64,000 nt of DNA. It comes from Octopus sinensis. Taxonomy: Eukaryota. The notes below the pieces were generated by a model. That model saw nothing but the letters and a program-made list of their open reading frames with translations. It was not told the origin of the DNA and did not search any database. The first letter of the stretch is position 1. Every line of letters begins with the position of its first letter. Of the stretch, positions 13,926 to 25,700 are shown piece after piece. The stretch is taken from contig NC_043002.1 of the NCBI RefSeq assembly GCF_006345805.1, forward strand, positions 46,500,001 through 46,564,000. Reading direction: 5' to 3'. The position numbers and the translations under genes are program-made.

Positions 13926-14525
13926 ATAATAATAGTAATATCTAATCTTTAGAGGATCTAGCACCAAATTATTCATTCAAATGTGTCAATATTTTCCTTT
14001 AATTTTTAAAGCTAATCATATCTGTGATCATCATTGGTTGACATTCTATTATGCCAAAAATTCTGCCACCTCTTTCTTACTATGAGACTGGCCAATTTTG
14101 GTAAAGTGAATATGAATTTCTTAGGGTGTAACCTATTCTTCTTCTCATTATTATTAAGTGTAGAGATAAACGTTGAAAGACCAACACTGCATCAAATAAC
14201 AAATATAAGTCTATAAAAATTTATTAAAAAGCTCCAAAAAACAGACAAGATTAAAATTTCATTATCAACAAAATAACATAATGAAGATTAGAAATTTTTT
14301 CAGAGTGATGAAATAAAGATGTACATTTTTGTCAATAATCACCTTTTATGAGATATTTTAATTAGAATATTATAATATATATGTATATATATATATCTTT
14401 GATAGTTCGATATACACATGAATATCAAAAGATGTTGATAAAAGTCAGCAATGTCAATCATGTTTTAAAGCATTCTTTAGATACTGTCAGTTGAAGCAAA
14501 CTGATGTAAATAGTCTTTGAATCAG

Positions 14526-14564
14526 GTATCAAATACTTGCTCTATTCACTTGTTATCTAATGAG
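14526..14564 (+). CDS. Candidate 39-nt exon (VSNTCSIHLLSNE or YQILALFTCYLM)
   Basis: Strong donor GAG|gtgagt; acceptor gtctttgaatcag is only moderate. Confidence 0.25.
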
Positions 14565-14710
14565 GTGAGTTAACCTTTTATAGAAATATATATGGTTGAG
14601 TTACTAACTTTGGTTATAAAACAGGAATACTATGAATATTTTGTATGTAATAAAATGAAATTATTTTCCATTTCATCTAAATAAATTTTAGTAGCTTTTT
14701 TTTTTTGCAG

Positions 14711-14732
14711 TTTTGATTTCGAATAAAGAATT
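14711..14732 (+). CDS. Candidate 22-nt exon (xLISNKE), or start of a terminal exon
   Basis: Very strong acceptor gc(t)11gcag; donor gtaaga at 14733. Confidence 0.35.
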
Positions 14733-15804
14733 GTAAGAACATCAATGGAAATATCCAGAAAAATTAATGATAGAAGTGAATCTTTTTCTTTTTTTTCATT
14801 GGTTTTTAGTTTGATAAATTTTAGAATTGTTGATGTTTTCCAATACTTCACAAAATGAAGCACAAAGAAAAATCTTTGCAGTGTATAAAATTAAAATATA
14901 TCAATCATGTTAAGTTTTTGGATTGCCTGTAAGCCTATGTTTATGCTAAAAGTATGCTCAACCAAAGTTGATTGAGATTTTTCAATAACTGTGATTAATC
15001 AATAATAAAATAACTTTTCATAGTTATTTAGGTAAGTTTGAATTCAAGACAGTCTCTAAAAAGGGTGTTTGAATTCTGTGAATTCAAAGGAAAACCCAAA
15101 AATTCAATTGTTAAAATTTTTTATCAACAGAAGCAGTATTAGTTTGGAGTAGCATTCTGTATATCTTAATGTAGATATACTGTACGAAAGTCACCACACA
15201 TTATTAGTTTGCTAGTGATACTTCTGTGCAAGCACTATATGTCTATACAAGATGCTTAAGAAGAAACCAGTGTTGTGGCTTTCTTATAGTATCCATGTTA
15301 AGTAAGATGTACAGAACGCCAACTGTTAAACCTGTCAACGTGATGCTTATTTATTCATATTATTTTGAATTAATTATGCCTTATCTTGCGATGATAACTG
15401 CAAGATAATACATGATGTGATGGTCTATTTTTAAAATGACATTGTCAGGTAGGTGTGAGAGGCAGAATTGGCCAGTTTGAACATAAAGCAAGTAAAATAT
15501 TTGAGCTGGATATGGCCAGTTTAAATGCCCAAGGGTCAACAAAGTGTCTCAAAGATAGCAAATTGAATACTTGGAAGTGATTTATAAGCATATTACATCA
15601 AGTTAATATTGCAAGTCTGAGAAACTTTTTCCTGTTTATTCATTATACATTTCCAGACGAAAATATGATTTCAGTGTTTATATGAGTTTGTAACAAGTGC
15701 ATCTAGTAACAACACTTGTTGAACTAACAATGATTTGCTTTGTATCCTTGCATTGACTATGAAAATTAAAGTCATACATGGCAAGGCAACAGAGTCTATA
15801 TTAA

Positions 15805-16185
15805 CTTTTACTTGTTTCAGTCATTGGACTGTGGCCATACTGGGGCACCACCTTGAAAGTTTTTAGTTGAATGAATTGACCCCAAGTAATTATTTTTTAA
15901 AGCCTGATACTTATTCTATCGTCCTCTCTGGCTGAACAGCTAAGTTAAGGGGATGTAAACAAACCAACCCCAGTAGAGTCAAACAGTGGGGGAACAAACA
16001 CAAGCATAAAGACATGCACACATATATGTACAGCAGGCTTCTTTCAGTTTCTGTGTACCAAGTCCATTCAAAAGGCTTTGGTTAACCCAGGGCTATAGTG
16101 GAAGACACTTGGCCAAGGTGTCATGCTGTGGGACTGATCCCAAGACCACATGGTTGGAAAGGAAGCTTCTTAACACATAGCCATC
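15805..16185 (-). mobile_element. Full-length OR-type CORE-SINE, CpG-decayed
   Basis: Collinear with 38915-39292 from tail (cttttacttgtttcagtcattgg) to head (cacacagcca). Confidence 0.8.
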
Positions 16186-17695
16186 CCCTGCTAATGACAT
16201 TCAAATATATCTTTTTGTATTTTATAAAGAAAAAGAAATCTATTTTAAGAAGAATATATTTGGAGTTGTTTTAAGACTAATTTAAGCAAGAAATCTTTGA
16301 AGCATAACTTAGATATTAATATAAGTAACTACAATAACTGGTGTTTCCTGATTTTAAACAATTTATAATTTCACTTAGTCAATACATTTATATCCAGATA
16401 TACTTCAAGTAAATTCATTTAACAGATTCCAAGAAGAAAATCTTCATCATCAGCAGCAACACCACCAAGACAACAATGACCACCACCACCACTATCACCA
16501 CCAACATTTAACTTATGTTGTCCATGCTGGCAGGAGTTCAATGGTTTGAGAAGACCTGATGTACTGTTTTGTGCTCTAATGTCTGCTCTGGCATGTTTTC
16601 TACAGCTGGATGCTCAGCCTTACACCAATCACTTTACAGAGTGTATTGCATGCTATTTTCATGGCATCAGAACTTGTGAAATTACCTTGCAATTTGATTG
16701 ACTAAGAACCTAAAGTGGTTTCTATTGTTGGAAGAGAACAGAAGAGAGATTGCGTGAGGTGACCTGTTTTGTTTGGGACCTTTCATCTCTCAGTATAAAG
16801 TCACAAGCTTCTCTACTGTAGCTTCCTCACTGGTGCTGGTGTCACGAAAAAAAATCAAAAAAATCACCCAGTACATCTGTAGAATGGTTGGAGTTAGTCA
16901 TAGAAACCATGTCAAAAGTAGATACTGGCACATGTTTGCAATCCATAGAACTATCAGACACTGTCAAATCATTCAGTCCACTGCAACATGGAAGATGGAC
17001 TTTAATAGATGATGGTGTTGGCACTGAAGTTCACAAGACTTGTCTGACTACTGGCCTGTATCTGATAGATAGGCTATAAGCAAAAATTAGGTTTTTTTGT
17101 ATTCAAGTTCTATCTATTTAATGTAGAATTTTTCATCCATTTTATTTTTGGGGAACCTTAAAATACATTCAATGCTTCGGGGAACTCCTTCATAAAAATT
17201 AATATATGTCTCAATTATTTTTGTTTTCTCTTTCATAAACTCAAATTTTTGTAAGAGATTAAAACAAATCATACAACTTTTGTCTTTCATGTATTTGCTG
17301 GTGCTAAATAACATGCTACCAAAGATTTTAAGAAATTACATATTAACCTAAATCTAGTTTAGACCAAATTATCTCAAATTTCTTCAATAAGAGGTCAATT
17401 TCTTTCATCTGTAGGATCGCCTTAGTATCTGCAGATGTTAGTATTATGCCATATGCCCTCCTGTTCTTCCTTCTTGTAATGTCCATTTTTCCATGCGTGC
17501 ATGGGTCGGATAGAGTTAATTGAGACAGATTTTCTCTTGCTGGATACCCTTCTAGTTGCCAACCCTCACTTGTTTCCAAGCAAGAAAATATTTCTCCATG
17601 GTGAGACATGTTTACACACAATACTGGAAGGGAATGACATTCATTTATAACAATCACACAATATCAAGACACACACAAACATTTGTGTGTGTGTG

Positions 17696-17741
<46 letters not shown>

Positions 17742-17744
<3 letters not shown>

Positions 17745-17935
17745 GGAGAGTTTACGAAAAAAACAAAAGACGAAGACAGGTGGTGTACAAAACAAACAAA
17801 TGTATTAGTATAACGCTCATAAATAGAAAAAGTCTTTTACGTTTTGAGCCTATGCTCTTCTACAGAAAGGGACACAGAAAAAACAAGGAGAGAAAAAAAT
17901 GTGTGTAGTGGCTAACAATCTATCATGGCGACTGA
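17742..17935 (-). mobile_element. Probable Penelope-like element terminal fragment next to a (TA)n tract
   Basis: Degenerate hammerhead-like core ctgtaga-a-gagc-atag-gctc-aaaac on the minus strand; (TA)n-flanked context typical of PLE ends. Confidence 0.35.
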
Positions 17936-18513
17936 CATATATATATTATATATACAATGTGCTTTTTTCAGTTTCATCTACCAAATCTATTCACAAGGCT
18001 TTGGTCAACCTATGAACATAGTAAAAGACATTTGCCTAAGGTGTCACAGTGATTGAAAAGCAAATGTCTTAACTATACAGCCATGCCAATGCCCATTTAT
18101 ATTAAAATTATAGATATAGCTCTAAATGCAAAGGAGACTAAATAGCCTATTTATCACTATTTATCACAGAATCCCAAGTAACCTCTCATTGAACCAGGGT
18201 TGAGAAATATTAATCTAGTGTCAGCACTTCAAAATACATATATATTTTAAGGAATTTCTGCTTTCAGAATATTCAGCCAGTTAATAAAATTGATTTCAAG
18301 AACACGCCTGAGACTAACAGACTAACTATATATAGTCAGTAGTTGTGACCTTTTGTAAAAGTTGTTACAATGTTAATTTCTCAGTTGTTTTCTGTAATAA
18401 ACCTGTTGTTTATTTGGAATTACTAAGTTATACTTAGGTGTTTACTATTGACCAGTGATTTTGACATTGAATAAAATGATCCTGGTTCGAAGAATTAAAT
18501 CTGTTCTCTGCAG

Positions 18514-18549
18514 TACTATATTTACAATGTAGTTTTGTGCTGTCTTAAG
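18514..18549 (+). CDS. Candidate 36-nt symmetric exon (YYIYNVVLCCLK)
   Basis: Acceptor ctgttctctgcag and donor AAG|gtatgt; only phase 0 is open. Confidence 0.35.
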
Positions 18550-18799
18550 GTATGTGAACACCAGGTAGTTGGTTTGGTGCCTCATGAGTCTAGAGGCCTA
18601 AATCTGATCCATGTATGTTTTGGCTGCTATTAATAAATATATACTATAAGGCATAGGGCATTGATTTGGAGCCTACAATGCTGATAAGACAGTCCTGCTT
18701 GTGCTTATGGTAAGGAATTAAAATTACATGAAACACCCCCCAACCCTTTTAAAAAATATATATATATATAGACATTAAACATTTATTTATCCAGAACTG

Positions 18800-19000
18800 T
18801 TGGCATGCCAGGCAAATGCTTGCGACATTTCATCCGTCTTTACGTTCAGAATTCAAATTCCGCCGAGGTAGACTTTGCCTTTCATCCTTTCGAGGTCGGC
18901 AAAATAAGTACCAGTTGAGCACTGGGGTCGATGTTATCTACTTACCCCTTTCCCCGAAATTGCTGGCTTGTGTTAAAATTTGAAGCCGATAATTCATTTT
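18800..19000 (+). mobile_element. OK-like SINE (family B), CpG-intact
   Basis: aattccgccgaggtagactttgcctttcatcctttcgaggtcggc...ggggtcgatg retains consensus CpGs. Confidence 0.8.
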
Positions 19001-22000
19001 AAATTAAAATATGCGAGTGATGTACTGAAGATTGTGTCGCTAAGATCGTACGAGTGTAAATAAAATAAACTTTGAAGAACTGTTTTTTTAATTACTCTTG
19101 TAATTATTTATAGTTTTTGCTTATAGATTAGGGAAAATATAAATCATCATTTGTCATTTATTTTAACTTGCGCTAATGTCCTCGAAGAAAATATTGAACA
19201 TCGTAACATCTTCCTTTTTTAAATAAATTTATGGTTTTGAATGTTGGTTGAAATAACGTGAATATATTCAGACAGTGCTTTATTCATATAGTAATATTTA
19301 AACTTCATCAGGAATTCAAGACATTTGAAATCGGGAACTTTATAGTTTCCGGATGGAATTACGCTCACTTTTTAGTTAAATATTAAATAATTAAATGAGT
19401 AAATTACCAAGGAAATGTTATGAAGGGAGATAACCGTAAATGAATAGTCATTTTAATTAGTAAAAATTACACCACTACCACTACTGCCAAAAAATATATA
19501 TATATATAAAACAATGGAAAATGAAAAAAGGAAAGAAAGAGGAAAGTAAAAGTGACCTATAAAAAGGCTGAGATTAAATTTTTTTATGAAACTATGAACC
19601 AAAGAAGTTTATTCATGACCCAGACACCAAGTGGGAATGTCAGCTCAGATAACAGATGACACAGCACCCGTGTCGCAAAAAAAAAAAAAGAAAGAAAACT
19701 AACAAAAAACAAATACGTGCATTAGCTGAAAAGTATTACAGCTTCCTATTTAATCTTTAAAATCTACTGTAATGTTTTATTTTCTCACTCGGACTAAGTG
19801 TTAAAATCTGCTGGACAGATCAGATGAAATAGCTAAGTTGGCAGACACAACCACAATATTAATAAGCATACACAAAGAAAAAAACAAGATATCGGTAGAA
19901 TTGACATTCGCTAATTTATATTTAATTTGTTGAGAGGGCTAGTCACTTACGTTAGAGTAATGCCTCAGAATAACACACTCGAAGTTCACTGGATACCATG
20001 CTATAGTTATTTCTGTGAACCGAATAGATTACAGATGAATTTGTTACATGGCCGGAGATTTTTGGTGGTGATATTATTTAGAACAGTTAAGCGGCCTTTG
20101 CAAGACTTTCTGAACGGCACTTCAATATTTTTAGTAGTGCGATCCGTGTGAAGATGAATAATGTCGCATGCGGCTTGCTTTTTGGAAAAGGTTGCTCATG
20201 CCTTGCTTAAAGCATAACATGGTAGATCCCGATACTATATATTTGTTTAGGTCCATTGAGATTTGTTAATATGGATTCGCTGTTCACCATAGTTTGGGGG
20301 CAGGTTGACGAAATTGAATATGCAGCTATTTTGGTGTGGTTAAGAAATCCATGGTATTATAACAGGGTTTGATGGATGCTTAGATATTGTTTAGGCTAAC
20401 GTGTTGTTTCTATATTAAACCAAGTTAACAGAAAATTTCTTGTAGTAATTTCCCAACACTGCGTAAGCATTTGAAAATAATTTACAGCTTTGCATTAATA
20501 TGAAAGGATGTTCATGCATTACAATTAATGGAACAAGTGAGATGGAAATAGCATAATGTGACATGCAAGGAAGATGTCTGTTCAGAGTTTAACACTTGGG
20601 CTGGTTTTGACATATTAAGCAAATATACTGGTGTTGTGTCAAATCCTCTTCTTCAATACCCTCGAATGAATATGCAGCCGTTAGAACAGCTATAGAGAGA
20701 GTTTAATTCGAAGCGCGACCCAAGACACTATAAGACTGAAGAGAGTTGAAACCGTCATCATGCCGACTCGGATGTCTCGACACTGCTAATTCTTTATCAG
20801 GCACAAGGGAGAGAGAGGGAAATGAGAGGGACAGAGGGTAGGAAGGAAAGAGAGAGAAAGAGTTGCAACAGCATCTGGTTGGTATTCACCTGCAGCTGAA
20901 CTGACTTAGCAACATGAAACGAAGTGCCTTGCGCAAGGACACAGCTGGTCATCCAGTCCAGGCATTGAACCCACGACCTTATTTTCATGCACAGGACATT
21001 CTAACTACAGAACCAAGCGCCTTCACTATTTTTTGGTAGAGAGCCAATTTTGGTAGGAACTGAACTGAAATAGTATAATACAGGTATTATTTCACTGAAG
21101 TAGTTATAAAAGGTAAATTTGACCGAACGGGATTTGAATTCAAAATCAGTGGAGACGAAAATAGATACCATAATACGTTTACTCTGTGACTGTATTGAAT
21201 CAGACTCAGTGGACGTTCAATATTGGTTTGTCTTCAATTATTTTAAAAGAGAAACGGGAATTGTGATTTTCCTGCCATTCTGAAAAGGCAGCGGTTATGA
21301 AATCAAGGAGCAATAAGTTTAATAATTATTTATTCGTTATTAACGACGGTAGCAGTATTAGTTCAAAATAGCAATCTGTATGTCATACTTAAAGCAGATA
21401 TATTGTTGAAAGCCAGCTGAACTGCAGTATTCGTCTAGAGAAAGCATCTCTTATAGAAACATAGTATCAATAAAGAACAAAAAAAAAAAAACCCGAATAT
21501 ATCAGCAGCAGATAAAGATGACCCAGAAGTGTTGCTAAATACGTATTTCTGCTTCGAGCTTCGTCAGAAGCACCCATGCTAAGCGAAAATCGGTCGCTAA
21601 CTGTTGTACTTAAACAGTGATAGAAAAGTCAATGACGTTGTATTTAACCGGCAGGCTGAATTAAAATTTTTGTTATTGGTGGCGGAAGCAGTATTAGTTC
21701 AAAATAGCAATACATATATCATACTTAAAGCAGATATTTTATTGAAAGCTTGCTAAAACAGTGTTACCCGTCTCTTGTATGAACTAACTTTTTTATGGAT
21801 TGATTGTTGCTGCCACAGACCCATAACCTGTACCCTCGTGTTCCAGATTTTATCGTATTTTCCGGAATACAATTCGAAATTTTCAAACTAAAATTCACAG
21901 CCAAAAGAGGTAGGCCGACTTATACCCAAGGATTACTTTGGAGGACCCAAAATTCCATGTGAAATGCAATAGGATTTGGTCAGATAGCAAGGATGTTTGA

Positions 22001-22258
22001 ATGTTAACACTACATGTTTACGCTTTGACCTGTATATCCGAAAATACGGTACTAAATAACTATAAACATGACGGGCAATATAGAACTTCTGCAGCTAATC
22101 TTTTCCCTGCTGTATTAAGCTTTCTGGCCGTTCGATCTGCTTCAATTAGCAGCCAAATTTCCTTCCAACTACACACAGCTGTACATTATTTACATTATGT
22201 ACATTCGACGGATATTTGTCCTAATCTTGTTTGTTAACTGCTATGCCATATGCCCACG

Positions 22259-22540
22259 GGCATATGGCGTAGTGGCTAAGAGCGCGGGCTACTAACCCCA
22301 AGATTCCGAGTTCGATTCCAAGCAGTGAACACTAACAACAACAACAACAACAACAATAATAATAATAATAACATCGAAAAATACTTTAGGAATGAGAACC
22401 CAGGTTTGAAATTTCCCCAAGACACATGAAGAAGGCTGGTGGGTATATCAGCTGAAATGTTGTGTTGACAACAAACAAGATGAGGACAAATATTTGTCGA
22501 ATGTAAATAATGTACATAATTCCTCATCTCTTAAATATAG
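22259..22540 (+). mobile_element. tRNA-derived SINE head plus body
   Basis: A-box tggcgtagtgg and B-box gagttcgattcc, but no pairing acceptor stem, so not a tRNA gene. Confidence 0.6.
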
Positions 22541-23324
22541 ATCTGTACACACAACTGGTTAAAAAAAAAACAGTGACAGTTGGATATTGTTCAGAGTACA
22601 CTATGCCTCAGAAAGAAATTTAAGCCCCAACCCTCCAAAAAACAAAACAAAAAAAAAAAAAACGCGGTGTTCTAGACTTGAAGGTTTTTGCTCATAGGCT
22701 TGATTCTTCATGGTTTATGAACAGTGGTAACCAGTATTCTATCTAAGCTGTGCGCGCACACGTTTTACGATCAGGAAAAGAAAAATGCACGCGCACAAAG
22801 TTTTCGAGATAAAACCGAATTTATTATTATTTTTTTAATGAAGCAGTTATTGAAGGGACGACATGCGAACATACTTTGAAAAAGACAAAACTCGAGTTGT
22901 AAGCACACAATGCAAATTTCTGCGCGGTACAAAATTAGAGGGAACATTGGCGGTAGCATCTTTTGTTGTCTAAGATCCAACTAGGGAACCTCTACGTCAG
23001 CCATGGAAAAACTGCGGCACTCGGGGCTTTCTGAATGGCGTGCTTAACGAAAAATTACCTTGAATCTTTTTTAGTAATGCAGTCCATCTGATAATGATCG
23101 ATGTCTCATGCGGCCCGTTTCTCTAAAAAGTTTGCTTATGTCTGCTCTATGTCAATGTTTCTCAGTGAAGTTGGTAAACTGTTACTGGGGTGCGCTGTGA
23201 ACATCTCTTTATTGTTTGAAGGCAAAAAGCTTGTTTGTCATCGGTGAACGATAATAGACAGTGAGATGGACACTTGAATCTATTTGAAAGCAACTATACC
23301 AGGTATCGCTTTTAAGAAAAACTT

Positions 23325-23875
23325 CCTCCCGTCCTCCCCCATTTTCTCACAAATTATTGTTTAAAAAAATTTTTTGTTGCCAAAACCCACATTTTTGGAT
23401 AAGGAGATTCCGGAAAATTGCCAAAAATCGGAATTTTGAAATTTTTTGACCCCCCCTTATCCCCTTCCGCCCTAATTTCTTCATTTTCCACTTTTTCCGT
23501 AACCGTAACCCTAAAACCCCAACCCTAACCCTAATCCTAAAACCGTAACCGTAACCGTAACCCTAAAACCCTAACCCTAAGTAAAAAAATTTTTAGAAAT
23601 TTTTTTCAGAATCATAATCTCTGTATTTTCCCCGCATATTTTGACAAAAAAAAAAAAAAATTTGGAAATTTTTTTTCAGACTCATAATCTCCATATTTTC
23701 CGCATATTTCGAAGAAAAAAAAATTCTAAAAAAAGTTTAAAATGAAGAATTTAGGGGGAGGGGTAATTTCAAAATGTCGATTTTTGCCAATTTTTTTGCA
23801 GATTCGTATTCGCCGGAGCCGAAAACGGGGGTCTGTGTAGAAAAAAAAAAGGGATGTTTGGGGGTGGGTGTACAA
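23325..23875. mobile_element. Fold-back/MITE-like element with internal telomere-like repeats
   Basis: Inverted arms at about 23414-23455 and 23753-23794, (CCCTAA/CCGTAA)n at 23497-23580, and a roughly 65-bp direct repeat in two copies at 23585-23725. Confidence 0.55.
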
Positions 23876-24619
23876 AAAGGAAGTCTTACCCACTTTCATT
23901 TAATTTTATTTTGTTTCAAGTTGTTATGCTGCAACCAGCTTGTTTGTCATCAGAGATATTTTGTGATGCAATTAAGAAATTTTTATTTTAGAGTTGCTGA
24001 ATGATTTTTACATCATCCAATGGATTAGTATTTTTTTAAATAATGGCTAATATAAACATTTATTGTAAAGTTAATAGCATAAATGGGAAAACGTTAAGAA
24101 TTGGCTCTGATGTTTTACAATTGAATACTTTCGTTCGTTAATGGTTTCATTATCGAATACCTCCGTTCTTTATTGTAGTTTAATAAACGTAAATGTCTAT
24201 TTTTTTTTTTTAATAATGTCTTCAAATTTCATGTTAATAATGAATAATATAAATCACGATAATGTCACTGAATTTTCTTTTAAAATAATAAGTGCAGACA
24301 GTAAAATGATGTGCTATTGTTTGGCCCTGGTCAGCCACTGTGATAGAGTTATAAGCTATCGCGTCTTTTTTTTTTTTTTTTTTTTTGCCTGTATAAGCAT
24401 TGATTTAACTTTTCAGCTGCAACACTATAACAGATATAATTATTCTGCATAATAAAGTATAAAGTAATTATTATTAAAGAATGAATAACAAAATTGTTTT
24501 TATCAATTTTCCCAGTTATTCTGAAATGCTCATTTTCTACATGTCCATTCTTAAGGCCTGTCTCTTCACCATGCAATCAGTTATTTTGTACTAAATCAGC
24601 ACAAAAGAAATATTTTTCG

Positions 24620-25020
24620 GTTCATTTCCGACAGCATTCGGTCAGTCACTGGACTGCAGCCATGCTGGGGCACCATCTTGAAGGATTTAGTCGAACAGAT
24701 CGACCCCATTACTTATTTTGTAAAGCCTGGTACTTATTTTGTCGACGTCTTTTTGCTGAACTGTTAAGTTACGGGGGACATAACCGAAAACCAGTTGTCA
24801 AGTAGTGGTGAGGAATAAACACAAAGACGCGCGTGCACACACACACATACATACACATATATATATAACGGGCTTTTTTCAGTTTCCGTCTACCAAATCC
24901 ACTCACAAGGCATTCGTCATCCCCGGGGCTATAGTAAAGACACTCGTCCAAAGTACCGTGCAGTGGGACTGAACCCAGAAATATATGGTTGGAAAGCAAA
25001 CTCATCACACAGCCAACCCT
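24620..25020 (-). mobile_element. Full-length OR-type CORE-SINE
   Basis: Collinear with 38915-39292; CpGs intact. Confidence 0.8.
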
Positions 25021-25229
25021 GGGTGCAGAAGATTTTCTCAACCGTTAGCTCTTCATTAAGATAAAAGTTTTTATGTAAATATTGTTACTGTGGTTATCGC
25101 CAGGACCTATAAGGAACAGGTTCAGCTGGCATATTGGTCTGGGGCCCGGAAAGTCAAAAAAGGGTTTGTGAATATATGAGGGGCCCTGAAATCATATCCT
25201 TAACATAGTCAGGTTCTCATTCCAACAAC

Positions 25230-25700
25230 TGATCCTTTTTTTCAGAGCCAGATGATACCTCAGCAACCTACAACAATTATTGATATTCTACAAAGCATAG
25301 ATAGGCTCACAATTGAGAATGACTTTCACACTTAGAACGGTGCTGTTGCTTAACTCATAGATATTCTAGATCACATCCAGAAAAGGGCTAACCAACTGAC
25401 ATAAGTCACTTACAGACATTAACGAACTGTTTGCCCTTTCTACCTTTTCTGCCGATACAATAATTGCCTCAACTCCCTAGAGCTGACTCGGCTCATGTTG
25501 GCTCTGATCACACATTACCGTCCCACTAATCTTTACCTCTCTCATGAAGTTTGATGTGTCCAATACCTTGCATAAATCACTCTTCGAGACCTTGTTTCCC
25601 AGATCGTCAGTCTTCTGAAATTTATTCCTCGGTCATGTCTTGCCGGCAGGTGCTGACTTGCAAAAACGTCCAAGAGGAACATAAACGACCTCACTTTCAT
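25230..25700 (+). mobile_element. Decayed CR1-group (CR1/L2/Crack-like) LINE 3' fragment
   Basis: Remnant peptides DILDHIQKRANQL and HVLPAGADLQK resemble the post-RT C-terminus (LDxIQKRA...WNxLP..VFP...LQxFK); many stops and indels. Confidence 0.55.

Noticed and set aside
14076-14188. Minus-strand exon candidate (acceptor gatgcag, donor gtaaga) and ORF 14630-14863
   Set aside because: It could not be chained convincingly to other minus-strand exons, and stronger plus-strand signals overlap the region; AT-rich ORFs of this length are expected by chance.
19951-20200. Minus-strand GTAAGT donor at 19950 as first exon of a left-running gene
   Set aside because: No start codon gives an open frame to the donor, and the upstream part resembles a hAT-MITE end. 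It remains an unproven alternative explanation for the CpG boundary.
22259-22335. Possible tRNA gene
   Set aside because: A and B boxes are present, but the acceptor and anticodon stems do not pair; it is a tRNA-derived SINE head.
22680-23060. CpG-rich patch as promoter of the right-hand gene
   Set aside because: Plausible from composition alone, but no first exon, donor or recognisable core motif supports it.
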